In this document: positions 54,114 through 64,000 of the stretch, piece by piece | How the letters are laid out: each line of letters begins with the position of its first letter | Numbering within the stretch: position 1 is the first letter of the stretch | Origin: an uncultured Nitrospinota bacterium | GTDB lineage: Bacteria; Tectomicrobia; Entotheonellia; J063; CAVPRW01 | DNA length: 64,000 bases | Assembly: GCA_963707985.1 (NCBI GenBank) | Contig: CAVPRW010000008.1 | Coordinates: 136,211 to 200,210, forward strand | Reading direction: 5' to 3' | Made by a program: the position numbers and the translations under genes | Notes under the pieces: model-generated | The model's database searches: none | What the model was told of the DNA's origin: nothing | Seen by the model: the letters and a program-made list of their open reading frames with translations, nothing else

Positions 54114-54950
54114 CTAGGCGTTGCTTCCCTGCAAGGCAACACTAAAGGCCGTTAGGCCTTCTTCCCACGAGGGCAACAGGATCTCCGGCTCCTGTATGGT
54201 GGTGAGCACGGTATACCGTGGGCGCACGGCGACGCGCGCGAAGGCCACACTCGAGACCGGTCGAACGGGTGTCTGAATTCCCAGCTTTCGGTAAAGCCTC
54301 TGGGTGAGCTCAAACCAGCTCGCTTCCCCCCGACCGGCCAGGTGATAGGTGCCATAGGCTTCTGTTTCAATCAGATGCGAAAGTGCCTCGGCCAGATGCG
54401 GTGCATATGTTGGAGACCCAAACTGGTCACTGACGACGCACACCTCTGGATTCTTGGCCAAGCCACACATCGTTTTCGGGAAATTGCGTCCGGCGGTATG
54501 ATAGAGCCAGGCGGTGCGGACGATGTAATGTCGCGGATTATGGGTTCTGACTGCTTCTTCCCCCGCCAACTTGCTAGCGCCATAGACGGATAGAGGACTA
54601 GGACAATCATATTCATGGTATGGCCGCCGGCTGGTCCCGTCAAACACGTAATCCGTGGACAGATGCAGTAACGGACACCCCTGCGCGGCGGTGGCAAGCG
54701 CCAGATTGCGTGGCCCGAACGCATTGACCCGAAAGGCTTCACCACACCGGCTCTCCGCCCCATCAACGTCGTTGCAGGCTGCGGCATTGATCGCCAAATC
54801 GGGCTGATAGTAGTGCACCGCGGCCAACACCTGATCGAGGCGGGTGATGTCGATCTGGTCGTGGGCTAGCGCTACGACCTGGTGGTATGTGAGCACTATT
54901 TGGAGGGCTTGGCCAAGTTGGCCGTTCGCCCCGGTTAAGAGGATCGTCAT
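54114..54950 (-). CDS. rfbD: dTDP-4-dehydrorhamnose reductase
   Basis: [20 protein letters not shown] and DQFGSPT. Confidence 0.95.
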   Translation of the reverse strand: MTILLTGANGQLGQALQIVLTYHQVVALAHDQIDITRLDQVLAAVHYYQPDLAINAAACNDVDGAESRCGEAFRVNAFGPRNLALATAAQGCPLLHLSTDYVFDGTSRRPYHEYDCPSPLSVYGASKLAGEEAVRTHNPRHYIVRTAWLYHTAGRNFPKTMCGLAKNPEVCVVSDQFGSPTYAPHLAEALSHLIETEAYGTYHLAGRGEASWFELTQRLYRKLGIQTPVRPVSSVAFARVAVRPRYTVLTTIQEPEILLPSWEEGLTAFSVALQGSNA

Positions 54951-55510
54951 AGGGGGTCCTGTTCGAATTTGGGTAACCGCTCAAGATCATCGCGCAGGAA
55001 GGAGGCCGCGCGATCCTTCGCCGACAGAATCGGGTCATCCAGGGGCCACTTGATGTCGATGTCGGGATCATCCCAGCGCAGGTGGATCTCATCGACGGGA
55101 TCGTAAAAGTCGGTGCATTTATATTCGATCTGGGCTGCGGCGCTGGTGACACAATAGCCATGAGCGAAACCCTGAGGGATATAGCACTGCCGGAAATTTT
55201 GTGCCGACAAGGTGGTGGCCACCCAGTGCAGGAAGGTGGGGGAGCCTCGCCGGATATCGACCGCCACATCGAAAATCTCGCCCTCGATCACCCGGATCAA
55301 TTTCCCTTGAGGTTGTCGCTGCTGAGCGTGGAGTCCGCGAATGGTGCTATAGACCGAGCGCGACTGATTATCCTGCACGAAGGTCGTGGGGATACCACTG
55401 TCCCGATACTTTTGAAGGTGATAGGTTTCTAAGAAGAATCCTCGGCCATCTCGGTAGACATCTGGTGTGATGATGATCACACCCGGGAGTGAAGTCGAAA
55501 TAAATTTCAT
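54947..55510 (-). CDS. rfbC: dTDP-4-dehydrorhamnose 3,5-epimerase
   Basis: [25 protein letters not shown] and GFAHG. Confidence 0.95.
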   Translation of the reverse strand: MKFISTSLPGVIIITPDVYRDGRGFFLETYHLQKYRDSGIPTTFVQDNQSRSVYSTIRGLHAQQRQPQGKLIRVIEGEIFDVAVDIRRGSPTFLHWVATTLSAQNFRQCYIPQGFAHGYCVTSAAAQIEYKCTDFYDPVDEIHLRWDDPDIDIKWPLDDPILSAKDRAASFLRDDLERLPKFEQDPL

Positions 55511-55559
55511 GCGTTTCCTCCTATGACCGTGTCGGAATGAAGACGAACATCTCAGGTAC

Positions 55560-56662
55560 CTATGGCGAGGGCGCGTCCGCCGTCTTGGCTAACCCGAGCC
55601 TTTGCCGCCCACACTGTCCTGCCAGTATGGCTTCGCACCAATCCCGGTGATCGAGATACCACCGGACTGTCTCAGCTAGTCCCGTCTCGAAGCTGTGCTT
55701 AGGGGTCCACCCCAAGGACTGGCGAATCTTTGTGGCATCGATGGCATACGCCGATCGTGGCCAGGACGGTCCTGGACAAAGGTTTTCAACTGGTCATACG
55801 CGGCGATTCCCCGTCGGAGCAGGGCAGGATTACTGGCGGCGGGCCACATTACTGCCAAGATGGCGCACAGGCGCTCCAGGACCTGTAGGTTCGTGCGCTC
55901 GCCGCCGCCTCCGATGTTGTACTTTTCTCCGATCTTGCCATGCTGCAGGACCAGAAGGATGCCGGCACAATGATCCTCGACGTACAGCCAATCGCGTACC
56001 TGTCCGCCGTCGCCATAGATAGGCAGCGGCTGGCCCTCGATGGCGTTGAGGAGCATCAGGGGGATGAGCTTCTCTGGGAACTGGTAGGGGCCATAGTTAT
56101 TGGAACAATTCGTCATCAGGGTTCGTAGGCCATAGGTTTCATGGTAGGCTCGCACGAAGTGATCTGCAGCCGCTTTGGAGGCGGCATACGGGGAATTGGG
56201 AGCATAGGGCGTGGTTTCGACAAAAGCCCCGGACGCTCCCAGCGTGCCATAGACTTCATCCGTCGAGATGTGTACGAAGCGAAAGCGCGAGCGCTCTGGG
56301 TGTGGAAGAGTACTGAGGAACGTGCGTGTAGCTTCCAAAAGCTCGACTGTGCCCCCGACGTTGGTCTCGACAAACGGCCTGGAGTTATCGATGGAGCGGT
56401 CGACATGCGTTTCGGCGGCGAAGTTCACGATCGCGGTCGGCTGATATTGCGTCAACAGCGCGTCGATCGCCTGGTGATCTCTGATATCCGCCTGGATGAA
56501 GGCGAAGCGGGGGTGGTGGGCCACCTCGTCGAGGCTTCGTGAGCTGCCCGCATACGTGAGCTTGTCGACGACCATGACTCGAGCCTCAGTGTGTGCCAGG
56601 GCATAGCGTACGAAATTGCACTCGATAAACCCTGCACCACCCGTGACGAGCAGCGTTTCCAT
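55560..56662 (-). CDS. rfbB: dTDP-glucose 4,6-dehydratase (frameshift near 55750; GFIEC in place of GFIG)
   Basis: [29 protein letters not shown] and [14 protein letters not shown]...TVRWY continues in another frame to 55560. Confidence 0.9.
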
Positions 56663-56698
56663 GGCTTGTACCCTCTATCACACGACCCAGTGGTGCGC

Positions 56699-58420
56699 TT
56701 ACTCGGCTATCAGATCGGCTTCCATCAATGGCGTGGTCGTCGGCTTGCGGGGGATAATCTTCGCTGGGACGCCGACCGCAATCGAGTTGGCCGGGACGTC
56801 TTTCAACACCACAGCATTGGCGCCAATGGCAACATCATCACCGATCGTAATCGTGCCCAGGATTTTCGCACCCGTACCGATATCCACACGGTTGCCAATG
56901 AGCGGCGCGCCGCGCACACCAGTTCGACGTAGTCCAGAGGTCCACTTCTTCGTAGTAGAGAAAGAACGCCTCGTCGAAGTAGCCCACCTCTTCAAGGACG
57001 TGGTGGCGAATGATGGCAAACGCTCCCGGTACCCAATCCACTGCGCTGGCCTCCAGAGGATCGGCCCAGGTGCGATCAAAGCGGCCGCATAGGCGTGGAG
57101 GTGTGCAATGGCGGCAACCAGGATGTACTGGCCCTTCGCTGGCACCAGGCGCCCCACGCACAGGACCTCGAACGTCATGAAATCCTCTGGGATGGATACT
57201 GGCGTGAAGACTGTGGGATCGACGCCGAGCGGTACGACCTCGAACTTTCCCCAATCGGCTGGGGGCGAGAGCTTCATCAGTTGACTACGGGCATACATGC
57301 CGATACAGCACACGAACCGTGCGCCGCGAATCTTCTCGGTTAAGCGATAACCGGGTGTGTCATAGAACTCGTCAGGCCCATGGACCGTCATGGAGAACGT
57401 GATGGGAAAGATGCGGCTGGCGATCAGGGCTACCGTGGCCGCAGGTGTGGCAAAGTGGACATGCAGGTGGGATATCCCACGAACGGCCATCCAGCGGCCA
57501 ATAATCACGGCTTCGACAAAGTAGAAAAGACCGAAGACGAGCTTGCTCAGATCAGCTCCGCCCAGTCCCAATCGGAGTTGCAGTGTGGAGTCACCATCGC
57601 CATAGATCCTGGCCTCAACCCTGATGTCTCGATCGGCCAGGAGCGCGACAGCGTCGATCAGGAAGTCGAGCCCCTTAAGGGGCTTGTGTCGGCAGGCCGC
57701 GATGATGACCAACGGCACACCCTGCCGGATCGCCACACATTTCTCCGTCAGCGCACTGTCGCTGATGACCTCGTCTTGCTCGTGCCCCGGTTGGCGAATA
57801 GCCCTCCCGCATCGCGTGGAGAGACGATAGCGCTCCACGGCAGCAGGGGTGTGCAGGAAGGTCAGAGAGGCTTGCGCGGCGCTTTTGCGGACGCGCGCGT
57901 CGAGGGCGACAAGGGCGCGGTGACGCCTCCAGCGCTCGAAACCTGTGGCCCCGAGTCTGACCCACTCCCACGCCAGCATGTCATAGAAATCCTCTGCAAT
58001 GGCGAAGATCGTTTTCTTCCCGAGACGGGTGGCGCGGTCATGCGCACATGACAGTTCGACAAAGGGGGGAAAGAGATTCGAGGAGTGCACGAGATCGGTG
58101 CGATCGATCTCAGCCCGCAGAATGGCGCGAATGCGTGGCCACTTCCAGCCATCATGGTGCGATGTCACCGTGGGCAGCCCGATAAAACTGAGAAGGCCTT
58201 TTGAGCTGATGGTTGTTGACGTCGGGCCCCAGCTTGCCAATGACGCACCTGGAGGCTGTTCTGGTGCAACGACGCGCACCGGACCGATGGCCGAAGATAG
58301 GCCTTCCAGGTCGCGTGCCCAGAGGTGGTCAAGGGTGATATCACCGTCGCCGGTCCGCATGAAAGGGATATGGCTCACAAGGAGATATCGTAACGCCGGC
58401 GGTACCGGGGAGGGACTCAT
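56699..58420 (-). pseudogene. Chimeric ORF built from fragments of four EPS genes (GT4-like, WcaL-like GT4, GT2, serine O-acetyltransferase)
   Basis: Abrupt motif switches near 57575, 57090 and 56935. The GT2 piece (VDWVPGAF...[14 protein letters not shown]) is out of frame. Confidence 0.7.
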
Positions 58421-58447
58421 CGCTGTATGACTCTCCAGTGCATCAAC

Positions 58448-58485
58448 CGCACGGGACCATCGCCAGCGCACGGGACCATCGCCAG
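58448..58485. repeat. 19-bp tandem duplication
   Basis: CGCACGGGACCATCGCCAG occurs twice in tandem. Confidence 0.8.
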
Positions 58486-58535
58486 CATGGACAGCATAGT
58501 CCCAATGGATGAATGAGTCTCACATAGGTATCCTG

Positions 58536-59823
58536 TCATGCCAACTCCATCCCAGTGTCGGGGCCGAGAATGTGACGATAGAGGCGTAATACTTGTTCGA
58601 TTTTGGTATCCCAGGCATAGCGCTGCTCGGCCCGGTGACTCCCCTCCTCGCCGCGCCGTCGCCAGGCTTCTGGATCGGCGAACACGTCACGCACCGTTTG
58701 TGCCAGTGCCTCGATCACTGCCTCAGGACCATCGGGGGGAATGGCACGGCCGACATGGTCATCCACCACCTCTGCAGGCCCTCCATAGGCAATGGCGATG
58801 ACCGGCCGCGCCGCGGCCATCGCCTCAAGCAGGACGGCGCCTCCCGATTCGCGCACCGAGGGCAGGCAGAAGATGTGTGCGGCACGCATGTGGGCTGCCA
58901 CCTCCGTCGCTGAGAGCGGACCGCGGAAGGTGACCTGATCGTGGAGTCCGAGGGTGTTGACTTCCTGCCTCCAGGAGGTTTCCGATGGCCCCTCGCCAAC
59001 AATCGTCAACTGTACAGGAAACTCAGCATGAATGCGTGCCAGAGCGGCAAGCAGCAATGGGATCCCTTTAAACGGGAGTAGCCGGCCGACAAACAGCATC
59101 TTCAGTGGCTGAGTCATCGATGGTGCAGGAGGCCAGGGGGACGGTGAAAACACGTCGAGATCGACCCCATTTTCCAGCATCGAAATACACTGCGCGCGAT
59201 ACCGTCGTGGTATGCTCTCACGTGTGGCGCGGGTCGCCGTCAGGATCACTGTGGCGTGCCGGGTTGAGCCCACCACGGCATCGATCAGATGTCCGATGTT
59301 GCGGATAGGATTCAGCCAAGCCGACTCCTCTTGCATGATCTCGGGGAACCCCGGAGGGTTGCCCAACCCGCCATTCAGCGGGCCAATGATCAGCGGCAGA
59401 CCAAGCCGGTGCAGTCGGGTTGGAGCGGTAGGGGAAACCGGTGTGACCGCATGGATGATATTCCAGCTCTCCCCAGAGGCCATCCGCTGACGCAGGAGAG
59501 TCTCCGCGCTCCAGTCATACGCAAAAAAATCTAGGGATGAGATCAGAAACACCGCATGCTGACTCCTCGGAAACATCCGACTCGCCAGGCGATAGAGTGG
59601 CCCGGCAAACCATTCCGTGTCGACAAAGATGACCTCGGAGTCGGGGAGAGGTGCTCCTGCCTTGCTGAGGGCTTCCCGATTACGGATGTGGGTCACCACC
59701 GTTGTCGGAGCGCGGCGCGCTAAGCGTGCATACCATTCCCAGCCAATCTGCGATACTGATCCCAGACCAGGACCACACTGATAAGCCGACAGCAGGATGC
59801 GCGGTGCGGTGGAGAAGGTCACT
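58536..59823 (-). CDS. Glycosyltransferase family 4
   Basis: RILLSAYQC.PG.GS, FVGRLLPFKG and PSVRESGGAVLLEAMA. Probable GTG start after GAGGAGG. Confidence 0.85.
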
Positions 59824-60413
59824 CGATCCTCCTCTCGGGAAGGCGGTTTGGCTGGAACACCCACGACGATGGTGTCCTTCGGGACATTGTGTGTGACGAC
59901 GGCATTCGCGCCGATGACCGCCCCATCATCGATGGTCACGCCAGGCAGGATCGTAACGCCCCGCCCGATCCAGACGTTACGACCAACATGAATGGGCAGA
60001 GCGTCATGGCCGGACCTGCGGATTGGGCCACCAGTCCCGATCCGATGGTTGGCATCGCGGATGCTCGTGTACTCGCCAATCATGGTGCCATCACCGATCG
60101 CGATCTTGACAAAGGCGACGATATGCGTGCCACGCGAGATGACCACGTCGTCACCAATCGATCTCTCGCCATCCTCGTGCGTTTCCAGATAGAGCTCGCG
60201 ATAGAGATAGAGGCTTTTACCGAGCGATATGCGTGCCGTACCATGGACTTCCGGAACATCGAGGATGACCACGGAGGGATCGATTCGGGTGTGGATCTTT
60301 GCGCTCAAGCGGGCATGGGCCCAGGTACGCCGGAGCGGATCGAGGACCAGTCCAGCGAGCGCTGCCCACGGACTGAAGAAGGTCAGGGTCAAGTGCTTGG
60401 CCAGACGGCTCAA
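59820..60413 (-). CDS. Hexapeptide-repeat acyltransferase (appears fused in frame to the GT4)
   Basis: IGDDVVI, IGDGTMIG, DANH and VWIGRGVTILPGVTI...GVPAK. Confidence 0.8.
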
Positions 60414-61474
60414 CGGGGCGCCTCCTCATCTTCGATAAGCCCACGATGGCGCCCGCGCCAGCGATCATAGGGATAGCACAGTTGGCCGAAGAGGATTGGC
60501 ACTTGCTGGACGTGGGAATGGAGGCTGTAAAGCAAGAGTGTCCAGCGATCGGCAGATTTCCACCGAGCCTTTGCCGCTGTGCGTACGATGATTCCAGCAG
60601 AAACGTCGAGAAGCACGACAAGGGGTAGAGCAGAGGCCAGCGCCAGCGAGCTCACCAGTGCGAGCACCGGACAGCCGACGAGGACAGCACCATGGATGCG
60701 ATTCCGTTGCACTTCATGCTGCCACAGTGGTGTGTCGGTGCCACGAAAACGTTGTGCCACCTCGGCATAGGCATAGCCGGCGCGTACTGCCCGTCGCCAA
60801 TATTGCGACCACCGCGTCATGGCCAAGTCGTGCCCGGTCATGGGGCGATCGACGTGGAGCATGACGTACCCCTTGGCGCGCATACGGCGGCACATCTCCG
60901 GCTCTTCTCCAGCGATCAAACGTTCGTCGTAGCCGCCAACCTCCTGCAGCACGGAATGACGGATCAGTGCATCTCCGCCACAAAATTCCGATGGCCCTGG
61001 AGGATAGACCCAGTCGAGATCGAGGACGCGGTTGTACATTGAGGCTTCGGGATGGAGCTCACGACGGTGTCCCCAGACGACGGCGACGTGCGGGAGCGTG
61101 AATTGAGGCAGGCAATCCGCCACGAAGTCAGGGTGAAGCAGCGTGTCACCGTCGAGAAAGAGCACGAATGGTGCCGCAGCCGCCTGCCATCCGGCATTGC
61201 GCCCCACCGCCGCACACGGGCGTTCAGGTCGGACAATGAGCACCTTGGCACCACAGGCGGCAGCTCGCTCCGGACTCCCATCAGTCGAGGCGGAATCGAT
61301 ATAAATCAGCTCTACCTGCCCCTCTGGTGCCCGCATGGCCCGAACGGATTCCAGGCACCTGATCAAGCGTGCCCCCTCATTCCTACCGATCACCACGACC
61401 GACACCACGGGCAGCTCCTGCGCATGGCTCACGGCCGACCTCCATCCAAGAGACGCCGATAATCGGCCAGGCAT
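60410..61474 (-). CDS. Glycosyltransferase family 2
   Basis: VVIGRNEG, DSASTDGS, GRNAG, FLDGD and IAGEEPE. The start is probably GTG near 61432. Confidence 0.9.
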   Translation of the reverse strand: MPGRLSASLGWRSAVSHAQELPVVSVVVIGRNEGARLIRCLESVRAMRAPEGQVELIYIDSASTDGSPERAAACGAKVLIVRPERPCAAVGRNAGWQAAAAPFVLFLDGDTLLHPDFVADCLPQFTLPHVAVVWGHRRELHPEASMYNRVLDLDWVYPPGPSEFCGGDALIRHSVLQEVGGYDERLIAGEEPEMCRRMRAKGYVMLHVDRPMTGHDLAMTRWSQYWRRAVRAGYAYAEVAQRFRGTDTPLWQHEVQRNRIHGAVLVGCPVLALVSSLALASALPLVVLLDVSAGIIVRTAAKARWKSADRWTLLLYSLHSHVQQVPILFGQLCYPYDRWRGRHRGLIEDEEAPR

Positions 61475-63174
61475 GCCGTGGCGGAAAACCGTGTTGCAAG
61501 AGCCCGGTAGCCCCCTGCCACGACGCTAGTAAGCTGTACAGCTGAGGCCTGAGCCAGGTCGCTCAGACGTTGCGCCAGGGCTTCAGCATCATTGGCGTGG
61601 AAGTGAAAGCCTGACACACCTTCATCGACCAGCGAGGCCGCTCCACCAGTATCCGCCACGAGGACTGGCACGCCGGCGGCCATGGCCTCCAGGATGGCCA
61701 GGCCAAAAGGTTCAGCCGGGCAGGGATGAAGCAGCAGGTGTGCCGCAGTCAACTCTGCCGCCACGTTGGTGCTGAAGCCAGCGATGGTCACGTTCGGATG
61801 ATGACCCTCGGCGCGTGCCTGAAGTGTGGTCAAGTCCCAGCCAGTCCCGAGAATGCGGACCAAGAGTTTGTCGAGGTGCGGCAAACGCTCCAGGGCATCA
61901 AAGACGAGATCGACGCGCTTGATGGGGTCAAGGCGAGAGACGATGAGGACACGCTGTACGCCAGGGGACTCAAAGGGCCCGCGTTTGGGGCTACTGGAAA
62001 TCGCGGCGTCGGGAAGGAAGTTTTCGATGACCGCGATCCGATCGGCACGGACGCCATGGGCCACCAGCCGTTCTTTCACAAACTCCGAGACGGCGATGAA
62101 CCTGACGCCCAGATGATTCAGGAGCTTCTTCCGCCCATAGCTGTCCCGCTCATCGGTGCCGCCATGCACGATGTGCAGGTGGACCGCTCGGCGCCGATAC
62201 CATGTATTCCAGAGACACCACACCAGTGAGTGAACTACCCCGGTGGCGACAAATGCCAGATGGCGATGGGCAGCCAGAAATGGACGGAGTTGCGACCCGA
62301 ATTCCCATGGATTGGTAAACGGACGTGAGGCCAGTCCGCAGCTCTCTGCCGCGACCAGGGCTGGGCCAGGTGGCGCGAACAGTGGAGGAACGGCCACTGC
62401 ACGTTCGATGGAGTTGAGGGCAATAGCCAGGAACCCAAGAATTTGCACAGTGCCCCCGAAAGACACGAGTAGTCGCAATGACTCGCGGGTACAGAAGCGG
62501 GGGGAAATCTTCAGCCATGGAAGGGTGCGAAATGCCACCACGGCCGATAGGCCGATTTCTAATATCATACGGAGGAAGAATGCCTCGGCCAGCCCTCTAA
62601 TCCCACGCCCCTGGCTGATGAGCAGGAAGATCAACACGGTCTCGACGAGGTAAGCTACCACCCAAATCCCCTGTACAGCGGCTTGACGCTGAACGCCGCT
62701 CAGGGCATTGCTAAAGCCCGAAAGGGCGAGTGAGGCCAGAAAGATGCCCACGACGAGCAAGATAACTTCATAGGCATCATCTCGCAGGGCATCTGGGACC
62801 TGTAGCCAGTCGACAACCAGCGGCCACCAGACCAGCAGTAGAGCAAAGATGATCAAGCAGAGAGCGGAGGTGGTCACGAGGCCAGTCGACAACAGGGCAT
62901 TTGCCCGTTGTGGCTCTCCTCTGGCCGTGTATTCCGCGACGTACTTGACGTACACATTTGAGATGCCGAATGTCGAAATTCCCACATAGGACACGATGAT
63001 AAAAGCCGTCGCCCAGAGGCCATAGGCCTCTAACCCCACGTGCCCGAGGACAAACGGTGGAATGAAAAAACGGGTGACGAGGTAGCCGACCCGTGCACCG
63101 ATGTCGATGACGACGTTCTTCGACAAGGCATCGCGGACAGTTTTCGCATGGTCATTTACAGGTCGTTGAGCCAT
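61429..63174 (-). pseudogene. Chimeric ORF: Wzx-like flippase N-half fused to a GT4 C-terminal part
   Basis: Hydrophobic flippase helices run to about 62390. IAVSE, VSRLDPIKR and EPFGLAILEAMA follow. Confidence 0.7.
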
Positions 63175-63177
63175 GAT

Positions 63178-63848
63178 TTAGCGAGTCGCAAAAGCCGTAC
63201 CGATGACGATATATGAGGTTAGAAGATTCAGTTTTTCCAGCATATAGCCAACCTCTGCCAGGCCCCGTTTAGGCGCATACAGGATATCTCCCTCGGCCAG
63301 AGCGATGGTTCCAGGAGAGTCTGGCTTCAGGAGGGCATCAAGCGAGACGGCGCGATTAACCCCCTGGCTTGGACGAATGAGATGGATGCGGTCGGAGGCC
63401 GCATCTTTCGGTTAGAGACGTATTGCTCGACACGCACCGTGACCACGAGCACCATATAGTAGCGCCCCAATGCCGCTGCCACGGTCTGGGCCGCCTCTCC
63501 CCGTGTCAGGTCTGTGAGTCGAATCGGACCGACGACCGGGAGCGTCACTTGGCCATCGGGACCGATGATATGCCGACCGGAGAGTTCCTGGCGATCCCAT
63601 ATCTCGATCACCACGATATCGCCCTCACCAAGACGATAGGCGCCATCATCCGGCACCTCGAATGGCGCGAGTTGATCAGCCGAGGTGAAAGCTCTTTTTT
63701 TCTCTGTGCTGTGAAATACTTCGTCGGATCGGAGCGGGTTCGGTCGCGCGCTGAAGAATGCACAGCCTGCGAGCAAGAAGGAGGAGAGCAAGGGAATATA
63801 GGTGATGCCCTTGGGCCACTCCGGAAAGCGAGGGCGAATTCGCCTCAT
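63178..63848 (-). pseudogene. Polysaccharide export lipoprotein (Wza-like) with an internal deletion
   Basis: Lipobox LAGC, YRLGEGD and GPDGQVTLPVVG. The SLBB part is missing, and the C-terminus LAEGDILYAP is in another frame. Confidence 0.75.
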
Positions 63849-64000
63849 ATCGGAGCCTCCGGACCGACTAGTACCAACAAGGAAAGCAGGGGCTCTACCC
63901 TGAGCTAACTGGTATTCGGCGCGCAGTCTCAAAATTGATATATTTTTATTTAAATATATCATATATGATATATTATATCAACATGGATTATAAATCTTTC

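Noticed and set aside
58536..60413. Apparent novel acyltransferase-GT4 fusion (625 aa)
   Set aside because: At the junction, GAGGAGG precedes GTGA, a typical RBS with overlapping start and stop. A small indel most likely fused two separate genes.

Overview
GC-rich (about 60%) bacterial chromosomal window; the gene content suggests a large-genome soil or aquatic bacterium, possibly Tectomicrobia-like (inference only). Left part (1-9.8 kb): two HisKA_2-type sensor kinases, a receiver, a NUDIX hydrolase, a broken OmpA/Rab-like GTPase/kinase module, a nucleoside hydrolase and an alpha/beta hydrolase. The most notable feature is the smpB-ssrA locus. The tmRNA gene (10564-11179, tag ANEELALAA) is split in its T-loop by a 263-nt ORF-less group I intron (10903-11165). 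P1-P9, the P/Q/R/S cores, the U.G 5' splice pair and the terminal G can all be read from the sequence, and removing the intron restores a perfect T-arm and acceptor stem. Downstream of ssrA lies a decayed accessory region of about 18 kb (11.2-29.8 kb). It holds IS4 remnants, an XRE regulator, a TIR fragment, a DUF5131 gene, a TPR pseudogene, a solitary integron attC cassette, an IS4 chimera inside a 70-bp hairpin, an RIT recombinase remnant flanked by paralogous secreted proteins, and other IS and resolvase debris. Right part: AmpG, a HAD hydrolase, a fused indolepyruvate ferredoxin oxidoreductase, orphan gvpL/F genes, a TPP enzyme, cutA, an amidase with a GatC-like partner, a hybrid kinase remnant, glgP, DUF4301, a STAS protein, rmlDCB, and an exopolysaccharide cluster collapsed by deletions into chimeric ORFs. 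Many genes carry frameshifts or in-frame stops, which could reflect real decay, consensus errors, or both.
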